Shown here: one piece after another, positions 27,155-37,213 of the stretch
Layout of the letters: each line of letters starts with the position of its first letter
Numbering within the stretch: position 1 is the first letter of the stretch
Source of the DNA: Myxococcota bacterium
GTDB taxonomy: Bacteria; Myxococcota_A; Bradymonadia; UBA7976; UBA1532
DNA: 62,202 bases
Assembly (NCBI GenBank): GCA_036337435.1
Contig: JAYZEG010000002.1
Location: 1-62,202 of the forward strand
Reading direction: 5' to 3'
Program-made: the position numbers and the translations under genes
Notes under the pieces: model-generated
The model's database searches: none
Told to the model about the DNA's origin: nothing
What the model saw: only the letters and a program-made list of their open reading frames with translations

Positions 27155-29284
27155 ATGGATAAAGTCTTAAACTATTTCTGGATCCCGGTCGCTGTGTGCA
27201 CTTTTTTGGCCGGCTGTTCGGACGCACCAATTGAGACCTCGCAAGAGCAACAGGAGTGGCTTGCTGAATACGGTGCGCAGGGTCCCTTCGAGCAAGTGGT
27301 TGGATCCGGCAAAGAGGATGGTACAGGTCGACCAGGTCCGTCTGTAAGTTGGGATAATGATGATTACCAGGTCTGGCCCGTGACACAGGGTTGGAACGAG
27401 ATCACGGCTGAATCAGGGCTCGCTTGGGCTTCCGACAGCGGTCTGACTTGGGATGAGAAATACGCCGCTTGGCTCGAGAGTATGCAGACCACCGAGCAAC
27501 CGGGCGAAAACGGCTTATTGACATTTAATCTTACGACGCCATACGGCAAAACCCTGCTCGCACCAGTTCTGGAATGCGCTGAAGTGGCTATCTTCCTTCG
27601 AGCTACATTCGCAAGTTGGTATGGCCTGCCCTTCTTTCTTGAAGCCAATGATGCAGGCGAGCGAATTTATCTCGGGCATTTTGGTTTTCGCAGGTCCAAT
27701 GGAGCTCCCTTCTCAGGGACGCCTAGATTTAAAACACGCTACCAGGATTATACCGCTCAGTGGACGCCGAATGGACCGTGGCCAATCGACAGAAGGCTAC
27801 GAAAACGAGGTCTCTACGGAGGCGGTGATGAAGTGCCATTTTTGGGACAGTTCGAGGGTAAAGCAGCCCGAGCGGGTGCCTACTTCGATGAAATATTCGT
27901 CAATAAGCGTGTTGGGCATTTCATGCTGTTGGCCTTGTCTTGGTTTGGGTCAATGCATCTAGCCGACGGCGCGAACATGTACCACTTGAAAGCTGATAAA
28001 ATCAGAGCGGGAGATGTGCTCCTTATTCGCTGGCAGCGCAGAGGCATTGGACACACGGTTCCCGTGATGCGGGTCAAACCGTACGATGATGGCCGCTTAG
28101 AACTGGCCGTCGCGACCGGTTCAATGCCGCGACGATATCCCAAATGGGAAGACGGGGCGGCGGCCGGTCGATATTTCAAAAAAACAGATGCGGGTGGTGC
28201 GGGAGAAAACGTGGATGGGGACCGATTTGCGGAACTCGGTGGCGGACTTCGCCGTTGGCGCATCGCTGAACCCATTAATGGAGCCTATCGAAATACCTTC
28301 GCCAAGAACGACGAAGCGCATTGGATCAACAGCTCCGATTTGACGACCATCGCCGCACGCATCACTGATTTTGAAGAGCTCCTCAGAGAATTGTCACCCG
28401 AAGAGAAGGTACGCTTAGCCGAGCAGCTGATCAATTCGGCCCGCAGCCATTTACGACGCTACCCCGCGAGTTGTGCGGCGCGAACGCGACGCGAAGACGC
28501 ATTCAAGCAACTGTACGAGGTTAATGCCGATGAATTCGGCATCAGCCGACAAGAGACGGATCGGCAACACCGCACCCTCGAAGATTACGTCTTTGGAGAA
28601 CTCGTTTATGGGTCATCGAGAACGTGCTGCTGGAACAGCTCTACGGGGGCCATGTACGACATGATTATGGCTCACGCGCAAACAACACTGATCGATGAGG
28701 CCAGCGGGCTTTGCCAAGAGCCACTTGTCTTCAAGGCCAGAAACATCTCCGAGAACAATGATGGTTACGCTCTCTATCGTGACTATGCGCGCTCCATTGG
28801 TCGAGATGCCGAGTGGATCGGCTGGAGCCCCGATGAAGCTTGTCCGCAGGCAAATGATTTTGTCGACGACCTGGAATTACAACTTGGCGATGTCAGCTAC
28901 TGTGAGCTTACCTCGGGCGAGACGCAAACCGGTTGCCAAGACACAGGCGAGTCTCAAATCAACGCTAAGGAATTAACAAGTGGCGAACATCCTGGTCTGA
29001 AAATTTGTGCCGGTGAGACCGACTTTTTTACCTATGTAGCAGAAGGTAACATTGTCATTGCGGCTTCATTGGATCCAGGACAAGGCGAATTACGCATGAG
29101 CGTTTTCGATGACAGCGGTTCACTCGTCGATACGGTGTACTCACAAACACAACCCAACGGAACAAGCTTCATGGACCCCATCTCCGTTTTCTTGGAGCCC
29201 GGTGATGCACTCTACATCGAAGTCAACGGCGTGAATCCGGACACAACCCGCGATTATCGGCTGTCCATTTTTCAAAGAGACTGA
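27155..29284 (+). CDS. Lipoprotein with a putative NlpC/P60- or papain-like Cys-His core and a C-terminal PPC-like domain
   Basis: GAGG RBS and MDKV...FLAGC lipobox. LECAE and AGDVLLIRW...GIGHT motifs. C-terminal ICAGETDFF...LYIEV...YRLSI. ORF start 26672 rejected. Confidence 0.75.
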   Translation: MDKVLNYFWIPVAVCTFLAGCSDAPIETSQEQQEWLAEYGAQGPFEQVVGSGKEDGTGRPGPSVSWDNDDYQVWPVTQGWNEITAESGLAWASDSGLTWDEKYAAWLESMQTTEQPGENGLLTFNLTTPYGKTLLAPVLECAEVAIFLRATFASWYGLPFFLEANDAGERIYLGHFGFRRSNGAPFSGTPRFKTRYQDYTAQWTPNGPWPIDRRLRKRGLYGGGDEVPFLGQFEGKAARAGAYFDEIFVNKRVGHFMLLALSWFGSMHLADGANMYHLKADKIRAGDVLLIRWQRRGIGHTVPVMRVKPYDDGRLELAVATGSMPRRYPKWEDGAAAGRYFKKTDAGGAGENVDGDRFAELGGGLRRWRIAEPINGAYRNTFAKNDEAHWINSSDLTTIAARITDFEELLRELSPEEKVRLAEQLINSARSHLRRYPASCAARTRREDAFKQLYEVNADEFGISRQETDRQHRTLEDYVFGELVYGSSRTCCWNSSTGAMYDMIMAHAQTTLIDEASGLCQEPLVFKARNISENNDGYALYRDYARSIGRDAEWIGWSPDEACPQANDFVDDLELQLGDVSYCELTSGETQTGCQDTGESQINAKELTSGEHPGLKICAGETDFFTYVAEGNIVIAASLDPGQGELRMSVFDDSGSLVDTVYSQTQPNGTSFMDPISVFLEPGDALYIEVNGVNPDTTRDYRLSIFQRD

Positions 29285-29470
29285 GCTCATTCTCTGCAGT
29301 TGCCTCGCCCAATCCTTTTACAATCAACACGCTGGATTGAACAAAGACGCAACCATGCCGTCTGAATGGCGCTGTGCCAAGGCCAGAACCTCGGGGGCTT
29401 GTCCGAATTTAATGACCCAGTTAACGTAGCTGCGGCATACGTGGATCAGACGTAAAAGGGAATTCCGAAA

Positions 29471-31117
29471 ATGCACATAACTCAAACACGCACACTGTCT
29501 CCTTTCATCATGGTCTCATTGGCCTTTGGACTGTCCGTTGCTCATGCTGAGGACGCCGTCGAAAAGACAGGAAAAAACACGGCTAAAGTCATCAAGTCCG
29601 ATACAGCGCGTCAGACTAACGCATGCCGACGCGATGTCCTGCGGCTTGCAAAACGCAAAAAGCTTGTCTTTAACAAGCCAATAAAAGACGGAAAACGACT
29701 GATTTCAAAAGCTTGTATAAAAGCCAAATTTAAGCGACGCGCTGCCCTAAAGATCGCCTTTAAAAATCAGATCTTCATCAAAAATGACGCACAGAATGAG
29801 GCTGTCTCTAACCAAAAGGATCAAAAACGAGTCGCGCATTCCGATTGCATTCGAGCCGTATTCGACCTGGCAAAGCGCAATAAGCTCGTCCTTAAAGATA
29901 ACAATAAAAAATCCAGTCGATTGGTCCGTGACGCTTGCACTGAGGCGAGGTTCAAGCCGAAAGTCGCACTGAAGATGGCCAAACGCGCTGGTGCCTTTGC
30001 CACGGCCGCCAAAGGGACCCAACCGAGCGATGCGGAGTCCAACAAAACCGCCGATAAGAAAGAGTATTTGAAGACCTGTCAGCGAGAAATCAAGGCCCAT
30101 GCCCGCGACAAAAAACTGATCCCAACAGTGCGGGGGGGTGAGCTCAAAAATCGCATCATAGACAGCTGCAAAGACAATAAGTTCGATGGTTATTTGGCAC
30201 TCAAAGCACTCTTTAAATCAGGCATCTTTACCAAGAGCGACAACGGTGAAACAAACCAAGAGAAGGGTACAGGTCTCGCCGAGAGACGCGACGTGGGCCA
30301 GACCGCCCAGAAAAAGAAAAAGACCAAAACTGGGACGCAAAAACAGTCAACGCTCACCCCAGGCCCTAACAAGCTTAAGACCTGCGTTAAGAAAGTGAAA
30401 TATCGCGTTAAAAGCGACAAACTTTTCCCTCGAAAAGGGGTCAAGAGCCTGAATCTTGAAATCCGCGATGCATGTAACAAGGCAAAACTAAATCCGAGAC
30501 GGAGCTTTGGGCTCATCAAACGCTATCTGACCAAAAAGCACCCAAACTCAAATACAGCACGTTCGAAAACGAAAAAGAAAACGTCTTCGGGACAGAAAAA
30601 AAACACGATAATTAGTTTGAGCAAAAAGCAAGAAGGAGCCTCCAAGAAGTCCTTGAGTACCTGTAAGACACAAGTCTGGGCCATATCGGAAAAGGAAGGC
30701 CTTAAGCCGATAAAGGGTAAATCGAACGTCAATAAACATATTCTTGAGCAATGCAGACTCAATGCGTATGTCCCATCAACGGTCTTTAGGAAAGTGAGAA
30801 AGCTATTTGTGGCAAAAGATGGGTCCAATAAGACCACTCAGTCAACGTCATCGTTTCCATCAATCGGTCCGTCGCTCAAGCGCATTGGTCAAAGTAACCA
30901 GATCGCAATTCCGACTGGAAACATAAACCAGAGTAGGACAACGAAGGAGAGCAAGGCGTGTCATCTTGCTGTCGCTAAAATCCTCAAAGCGAAGGGTAAT
31001 CAAACGGTCAACAAGCACCCGAAGAAGGAGTTCAACCGTCGCGTCGTAAACGCCTGCCAAAAGACCAATAATGACGCCAAGGCTGCTGCGACAATCCTAC
31101 TCAAATCGAGCGAGTGA
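29471..31117 (+). CDS. Secreted Lys-rich protein with six C-x29/31-C repeats
   Basis: Sec-type signal ending AHA-ED. All 12 Cys occur as six regularly spaced pairs. Confidence 0.8.
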   Translation: MHITQTRTLSPFIMVSLAFGLSVAHAEDAVEKTGKNTAKVIKSDTARQTNACRRDVLRLAKRKKLVFNKPIKDGKRLISKACIKAKFKRRAALKIAFKNQIFIKNDAQNEAVSNQKDQKRVAHSDCIRAVFDLAKRNKLVLKDNNKKSSRLVRDACTEARFKPKVALKMAKRAGAFATAAKGTQPSDAESNKTADKKEYLKTCQREIKAHARDKKLIPTVRGGELKNRIIDSCKDNKFDGYLALKALFKSGIFTKSDNGETNQEKGTGLAERRDVGQTAQKKKKTKTGTQKQSTLTPGPNKLKTCVKKVKYRVKSDKLFPRKGVKSLNLEIRDACNKAKLNPRRSFGLIKRYLTKKHPNSNTARSKTKKKTSSGQKKNTIISLSKKQEGASKKSLSTCKTQVWAISEKEGLKPIKGKSNVNKHILEQCRLNAYVPSTVFRKVRKLFVAKDGSNKTTQSTSSFPSIGPSLKRIGQSNQIAIPTGNINQSRTTKESKACHLAVAKILKAKGNQTVNKHPKKEFNRRVVNACQKTNNDAKAAATILLKSSE

Positions 31118-31219
31118 CCACTTCCAAAGAGTCTAATGTGCCTTAAAAATGCGCGTTGAGTCCGAGAAAATTCCGAATTCAGCTTGCAAGCTGGTCTTGT
31201 CACTATACGATACTGAACT

Positions 31220-32380
31220 ATGGCGCGTTTCGTACACATCGCCGACCTACACCTAGGCCGCAGTCTGAATAATTATTCTCTCCTCGAGGAACAAAAGTAC
31301 GCCCTCGATCAGATCGTCGACTTCATCAGATCGTCTGAGCCAGCTGTTGATGCGCTGCTGATCGCGGGTGATGTATTCGACAGAGCCGTCCCGCCCACCG
31401 ATGCAATCGTTCTGCTCAACGACGTGTTCCAGGTGGTTGCGTCTCAAATGGCCACGCCAGTGCTTGTGATCCCTGGAAACCATGACAACGCCCACCGGAT
31501 GACACTCACAAACGGTCTTACGAAAGACACCTTGCGAATTGCCCCGTCCATTGAAAACGGTTTGACACGGGTCACACTTAAAGATCAGTTCGGACCGGTC
31601 GATATTTTCTTAATCCCCTTTCTAGAGCCAGCTTTAGTTAGGTTTGCCACCGGACAAAAATCGGCTAGAGATCAAGAAAGCGCGCTGCGTGCGGTCATCG
31701 ATCAAATTCGCTCGCTGCCCGACAAAGCAGACAGATGCGTCTTAGTCGCTCACGCCTTTGTTCGAAACGGCACTCAGTCTGACAGTGAGCGGGATTTATA
31801 TGTGGGTGGAAGTGGTCAGGTACATGGGGATGTTTTCAAGTCATTTGAATACGTTGCCTTAGGGCATCTTCACAAAGCGCAAGCTGTGGACGATATGGGT
31901 CGGATTCAATACTCCGGGTCCCTACTCAAATATTCTAAATCGGAAGCATCTCATACCAAAAGCTTCACAGTGATCGACATGAATGAGAAAGGCGATATTG
32001 AAACATCGCGTATGCCACTGGTTCATCGCCGTGACCTCAGGGTGATCCGTGGTCTTTTTTCCGATATTATGGCCAATGCGAAAGATGACCAGCACCGTGA
32101 TGACTATGTTTTCTTCGAATTAGAAGATGACACACCTGTCAGTGAGGTTATGGCTCGATTGCAACGTTGGTATCCCCAGGCCGTCCATCTCAGTTACGCC
32201 GACAAAACCGACACTATGTTGGACCCAAAACCCGAAGTTGACCACCATAATTTGTCCATCGAAGGTCACTTCAGTAATTTCTACGCACAGGTCACAGGTC
32301 AAATGATGGACGCCCGTCAAACTGAGGCAGTCGAGCTGCTCGTCACAAAAATGGATGCGCCCACGAATGGGTCGTCATGA
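31220..32380 (+). CDS. sbcD: Exonuclease SbcCD subunit D (Mre11 family)
   Basis: HIADLHLG, AGDVFD, PGNHD, AHAFV and YVALGHLH metallophosphoesterase motifs. Confidence 0.96.
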   Translation: MARFVHIADLHLGRSLNNYSLLEEQKYALDQIVDFIRSSEPAVDALLIAGDVFDRAVPPTDAIVLLNDVFQVVASQMATPVLVIPGNHDNAHRMTLTNGLTKDTLRIAPSIENGLTRVTLKDQFGPVDIFLIPFLEPALVRFATGQKSARDQESALRAVIDQIRSLPDKADRCVLVAHAFVRNGTQSDSERDLYVGGSGQVHGDVFKSFEYVALGHLHKAQAVDDMGRIQYSGSLLKYSKSEASHTKSFTVIDMNEKGDIETSRMPLVHRRDLRVIRGLFSDIMANAKDDQHRDDYVFFELEDDTPVSEVMARLQRWYPQAVHLSYADKTDTMLDPKPEVDHHNLSIEGHFSNFYAQVTGQMMDARQTEAVELLVTKMDAPTNGSS

Positions 32381-35300
32381 AGCCAGAAATTCTCACCTTT
32401 CAAGCGTACACGGCGTATCCGACAAAGCAAATCATTGACTTTAGACAGCTCGGTACGGAGCGTTTGATGATGATCTCCGGTGAGACAGGTGCCGGTAAAA
32501 CCGCCGTTTTGGATGCGATGACCTACGGACTCTTTGGTCAATCATCGGGGGGACTGCGTCCAGAGCGCAGCATTCGAAGCGACCATGCTCGAAAAGGGAC
32601 GATGACCTTTGTTGACTTTCGCTTTGACGTCAACGGTCAACTCTATCGAGTCCTCCGAATGCCGTCACAACCGGGCCGCTCAAATGGCCTAGTCGAATTT
32701 TATGAGCTGGAGACCGTAGACGATGGCGATGGCACACCAAAGGCGACGGGAAAAACTAAAGTAGACGGCCTTATCCGAGACCTTCTCGGATATTCCATCG
32801 ACCAATTCAGAAGTGTCGTCATGCTTCCACAGGGTCAATTTAGGGAATTCTTATCTGCCAAGACTCGCGAGAAGGCTGACTTATTGGCCTCGCTCTTCAA
32901 AACACATCGTTATGCCTCATTCCAAAGCCAACTAAAAAAGACAGCAGATGAACTCGGTAAGGCGCAAGCTGATGATCTGAAGAAGATTGGACAATGTCTG
33001 AAACTCGCCCACGTCTCGACGGAAGATGAGCTGTTTACTCAAATTCAAAACGGACGGCGTAGGGCACAGGCTCATCTAGAACGTCGGACTCAACAAAGTG
33101 AGTTGGTTCGACAGCACGAAAGCACGTTGACAAAAGCTCAAACGCTCGACCGTGCTTTTATACAACTCGACTCAGCGAGGCAAAATGCGGCACTGTTCGC
33201 GGCTAAAGAATCAGAAATAGCCGAAAAAAGAAACCGCCTCAAAGCTGCTCTCGCAGCAGAAGAACTCCGCGATGCGCATCTCAATCTTGAGCAGCGAATT
33301 AAAGAACATCAACGCGCAATTGATGGTCTTAAGATCGATGCTCTCCAACTTGAAAAAGCGCAAACAAAAGCACTGCAGCGGGACGAAGAGTTCGCCATCC
33401 AGGACGATCGCCAAGATGAGACTGAAATGCTGAGATTGAAGCTGGAAGATGTCCGAAATCTGAGAAACCGCGTGCTCGAATTTAATTTGGCCAAGCAGGA
33501 GGAAGAACACAAAACTGAACAGACTGAACAGGCAAAAGATCGGCTAGAAGAGCTGCTATCGATCAAAACGGACCACGATGCCAAGCTGTCCGAATTTGAA
33601 GCAACTCTAGCCAAGATGCAGACCAAAATGCTCGAGCAGCCAATGGCAATCCGTCAGCTTGAACAATGCACGGTCCAACTAAATCAGAGACGACGGCTGA
33701 ATCAATTAGTGGAAGAACAAAAAATTCAAACGTCTCTACTCGAAACTAAAGACGAAAACCTGCAAGTCGAAACCGCGGTCTTTGAGCAACGCAAAAAGCA
33801 TCACCGTGAGGTCTATCAGCAGCATTTGGATGCCTATGCAGCCCGTCTAGCCGAGGGGCTTACGCCTGAACAGCCATGCCCTGTATGCGGTTCCACTGAA
33901 CACCCGACAAAAGCAGATGACGTCGATGATGCGCCAAGTGTTCAAGACGTCCAGCAGGCACTCGAATCCATGCGAAAGGCTGAACAAACAGTCGCAAAAA
34001 CCCGGTCCGACTTTGTGCAAATAGAGGCCAATTTAGCGGTCATCAAAGAGAAACATGAAAACTGGGCGTTGGAACTGGGGACGGCGGCCCGGGTTCCCAT
34101 TGAAGAACTAGACGCAGCCTATCAAGATGCAACAACTCAGGTAGACCAAATCGAGCAGGCGCGCCGATTTATTGAGGAGAGCGAACCCCATTACCATGAG
34201 CTCAAAACACGAATGTCTTCACTCGCCGACGCGACGACTGAAGCCGTGAATCTGCTCGAGCAAGCCGAACGAGATTTGGCTGTCACGACGACCCGAGTGG
34301 AAGAACGACTGACTCTCGTGCCACAACCAGTGCCGACTCTGTCGACACTCGATGCACTCGAGGTAGAGACTCAAACCCGATGGAGGACATTAGCAAGGCG
34401 ACACAAAGACGCGAGAGATGCCCAACAGGAAGCCGCAGAGGAACTCGCTGCATCCATGGCCAAATACGAGGCAGCAACAACCACCCATCAACGAGCTGAG
34501 ACAGCAAACGCGGATGCACAAAACGCCTTCGATGCACGTCTTCAGACGGCACAGTTTGAGACCATAGACGCATATGAAGCCTGCCTGATGAGTCTGGCAT
34601 CCCGTGAGGAACTCGATCGCGAAATTAACGAATTTTCTGCCGACAAGAACAAGAACCAAGGGCTGTTAAATCATTTAGAAACGCAACTTAAAGGGCTCAA
34701 AAGGCCGGACCTAGAGCAACTTCATGCGCTGGTTGAATCGTCGAGAACAGACCTCGATACGATCGAACAAGACCTGGCGGCCAATCAGCAGACACTCGGT
34801 CCACTTTTGCGTGCGCAAACGGAAATCGCTGAGTTGAAGTCCGCCAGCGATGCCAGAGAAGCTGACTATGGTTGCTTTAGTAAGTTGAGAGACGTTGCCT
34901 TCGGAAAATCACCGAATCGGCATGGGATCCAGTTCGAGAAGTATATTCTGGCCACCATACTAGACGAGGTGCTTGTATTCGCAAATGAGCGCTTCAAACG
35001 TATGTCGGGTGGTCGATACACGCTGCAGCGAAAGGATCCTGAAAGGCCAAGGGTAACCGCGTTCATTCAAGATAATCGGTCAGAAGCTGGTCTTGAATTG
35101 GAAGTCACTGACGCCTTCACAGGCAAAGAGAGAGATGCATCAACACTGTCCGGTGGTGAGGGATTTCAAGCCGCGTTGGCTTTAGCACTGGGCCTCGCCG
35201 ATGTGGTGCAATCGAAGTCCGGCGGAATTCGATTGAGTGCGATGTTCATCGATGAAGGTTTCGGTACCCAGAGTGAGGAGGCATTGGATGCCGTCATGGA

Positions 35301-35448
35301 TACGTTAACGCAACTCCAGTCGGCGGGCCGGCTCATCGGTCTAATCAGTCACGTTCCGGAGATGAGGAGTCGGATACCTGTTCGCTTGCACGTTGAGAAA
35401 GAACCCACCGGCAGTCGTGTCAAGTGGATCCACTCATACGCTGAGTGA
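32377..35448 (+). CDS. sbcC: Exonuclease SbcCD subunit C (Rad50/SMC-like ATPase)
   Basis: Walker A GETGAGKT, Q-loop LPQGQF, CPVCG zinc hook, coiled coils, LSGGE and IDEGFG. ATGA overlap with sbcD. Confidence 0.96.
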   Translation: MKPEILTFQAYTAYPTKQIIDFRQLGTERLMMISGETGAGKTAVLDAMTYGLFGQSSGGLRPERSIRSDHARKGTMTFVDFRFDVNGQLYRVLRMPSQPGRSNGLVEFYELETVDDGDGTPKATGKTKVDGLIRDLLGYSIDQFRSVVMLPQGQFREFLSAKTREKADLLASLFKTHRYASFQSQLKKTADELGKAQADDLKKIGQCLKLAHVSTEDELFTQIQNGRRRAQAHLERRTQQSELVRQHESTLTKAQTLDRAFIQLDSARQNAALFAAKESEIAEKRNRLKAALAAEELRDAHLNLEQRIKEHQRAIDGLKIDALQLEKAQTKALQRDEEFAIQDDRQDETEMLRLKLEDVRNLRNRVLEFNLAKQEEEHKTEQTEQAKDRLEELLSIKTDHDAKLSEFEATLAKMQTKMLEQPMAIRQLEQCTVQLNQRRRLNQLVEEQKIQTSLLETKDENLQVETAVFEQRKKHHREVYQQHLDAYAARLAEGLTPEQPCPVCGSTEHPTKADDVDDAPSVQDVQQALESMRKAEQTVAKTRSDFVQIEANLAVIKEKHENWALELGTAARVPIEELDAAYQDATTQVDQIEQARRFIEESEPHYHELKTRMSSLADATTEAVNLLEQAERDLAVTTTRVEERLTLVPQPVPTLSTLDALEVETQTRWRTLARRHKDARDAQQEAAEELAASMAKYEAATTTHQRAETANADAQNAFDARLQTAQFETIDAYEACLMSLASREELDREINEFSADKNKNQGLLNHLETQLKGLKRPDLEQLHALVESSRTDLDTIEQDLAANQQTLGPLLRAQTEIAELKSASDAREADYGCFSKLRDVAFGKSPNRHGIQFEKYILATILDEVLVFANERFKRMSGGRYTLQRKDPERPRVTAFIQDNRSEAGLELEVTDAFTGKERDASTLSGGEGFQAALALALGLADVVQSKSGGIRLSAMFIDEGFGTQSEEALDAVMDTLTQLQSAGRLIGLISHVPEMRSRIPVRLHVEKEPTGSRVKWIHSYAE

Positions 35449-35455
35449 TGCTAAT

Positions 35456-37054
35456 TTAGGCGACCAAAACGTCCTTCAGCAGATTACGTTTGAGAATCGA
35501 CGATGCACATAAAACACCGCCAACCATGGCCCCACCAATCCCTGCCGTCGCGACATCCTGACCCGTGAGATAAAAGCCCTTCAACTTCGTTTTGGGTCTT
35601 AGCTCACGCGTTGCGAAGCGTTTGGGATCGTGCTCGAGACCGTAGATCTCACCTTGGTCATAATTGCAGAAATGTCGTGTTGATAGCGGCGTCGATAATT
35701 CAACGTGATCGAGGGCTCCTTGAAGCTGTGGCTCCAGTTCAAATAGCTTTTTGAGCAAGCGGTCGGTCAGGGTTTGCTTAAAGGCGTCGTAGTCGGCACC
35801 CCGCTTTCCCCATTTCTTATCAGCCCATGGTTGAAACCATTCAAACGGGGCTAAGGTCACCAGCTCGACTGTACTGCGTTCGGGAAAACGTGCGTTCCAT
35901 GATGGGTCTTTGGCGGATGGAAACGACGTATAAACAACCGGAAATTCAGCATTTCGATCGGCCAGATAACGCTCAACGTTTTGGTCATGGTCGTAGTTTT
36001 CCGGATAATACCACCAATTGGCTTTGGGTAGATTTAAGTCTGCTGATGTTCCATTCAAACCCAAGTATAGGCAGAGATGGGCTGCTGAATTTTCCAGTTT
36101 GCCGACGCAGGACCGCAATCCTGTTAGGTGGGCTGCTGACTCATCCAGAAGCCTGTGGGCTGTTGTCGCAACACCAGCACCACTGATGACTGTCTGAGCA
36201 TGGAGCATCCGACCATCGGCCATCAGAACCCCAGTCACTCTGCCCTTCCTGTGCATAATTTGAGCAACCTCCGCGTTGGTCACGATGGCACCACCGGCGT
36301 CGATTATGGTCGGCGCGATGGCGTCAAAAATTCGCGACGATCCACCGACGGGATAGGCCCCCCCGTTAAAATAGTGTCTCACCAGCATTGCATGCATCGC
36401 AAAGCTGCTTTGTGCAGGAGGCAGCCCGTAATCGCCGAATTGGCCAGTCAAAACACCGATGAGTTTCGGGTTGGCCGTAATCTCGTTGAGTACATCGAGC
36501 GTCGTCCGAGACCCGTATTTCATGAACCCCCGCCGCATCCGTTTTCCAGCGAGTGCAGAGACAACGTCAGGGACTGCTTTTTCGGCGAAAAAACCACGTG
36601 CTTGCCGGGATGCATCGGTTACCAGAGTCATATACTGGTCCAATGCACGAACGTCTTCATTGGCGGGAAAGTAAGACTTCATCCGCTCAAGCCAAGCCCT
36701 CCGGCCACGGACGAAATCGTAAATTTCATCGCCGAAACGAATTCGGTCGTAGACATCACCCATATCCGCCCATTCCAATGTTCCATCTGACACGTACCGA
36801 AAGAGGCGCGAAAGCAGACTGTCGGTCCTCATTACTTCACCGACATAATGGACACCGACATCCCACTCATACCGTTTTCGCTTAAAGACATGTGTGTAGC
36901 CGCCAGGCGCATAGTGGCGTTCGAGGAGGAGGCACCGAGACCCTTTTTTTGCCAATGCGGCGGCGGTAACAAGTGCCCCCGGCCCGGAACCAACCAAAAT
37001 GACATCGTATTCATCGGTGATCTGGGCTTGCTTGTAAGATACGGTCTTCTTCAT
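35456..37054 (-). CDS. FAD-dependent oxidoreductase, phytoene desaturase/retinol saturase family
   Basis: GSGPGAL dinucleotide fold, ERHYAPGG.TH.F, WDVGVHY, STPLST, GEIYGL, YLTGQD. Confidence 0.9.
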   Translation of the reverse strand: MKKTVSYKQAQITDEYDVILVGSGPGALVTAAALAKKGSRCLLLERHYAPGGYTHVFKRKRYEWDVGVHYVGEVMRTDSLLSRLFRYVSDGTLEWADMGDVYDRIRFGDEIYDFVRGRRAWLERMKSYFPANEDVRALDQYMTLVTDASRQARGFFAEKAVPDVVSALAGKRMRRGFMKYGSRTTLDVLNEITANPKLIGVLTGQFGDYGLPPAQSSFAMHAMLVRHYFNGGAYPVGGSSRIFDAIAPTIIDAGGAIVTNAEVAQIMHRKGRVTGVLMADGRMLHAQTVISGAGVATTAHRLLDESAAHLTGLRSCVGKLENSAAHLCLYLGLNGTSADLNLPKANWWYYPENYDHDQNVERYLADRNAEFPVVYTSFPSAKDPSWNARFPERSTVELVTLAPFEWFQPWADKKWGKRGADYDAFKQTLTDRLLKKLFELEPQLQGALDHVELSTPLSTRHFCNYDQGEIYGLEHDPKRFATRELRPKTKLKGFYLTGQDVATAGIGGAMVGGVLCASSILKRNLLKDVLVA

Positions 37055-37213
37055 GCATACTCTCCAAGGTAACGTAACGACGTGGTGGCTATTCTCATCA
37101 TTCAGCCACCACAGGGCTTAGGACAAGCACATATTAATTCTTTCAAACAAATTAAGTTTCGGACGCCTGAAGACGTACCATCAAGTAATCGAATTGTAAG
37201 GGTGGCCTCGTAA

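Noticed and set aside
31220..35448. SbcCD as a novel SMC-type defence system
   Set aside because: Canonical sbcD-sbcC order and motifs, with no accessory defence genes adjacent.
37131..37157. TTAATT-N10-AATTAA palindrome upstream of the desaturase-like gene as a second site for the TetR
   Set aside because: Arm spacing differs from the 13087 operator and AT-rich chance matches are likely. It may still bind another regulator.
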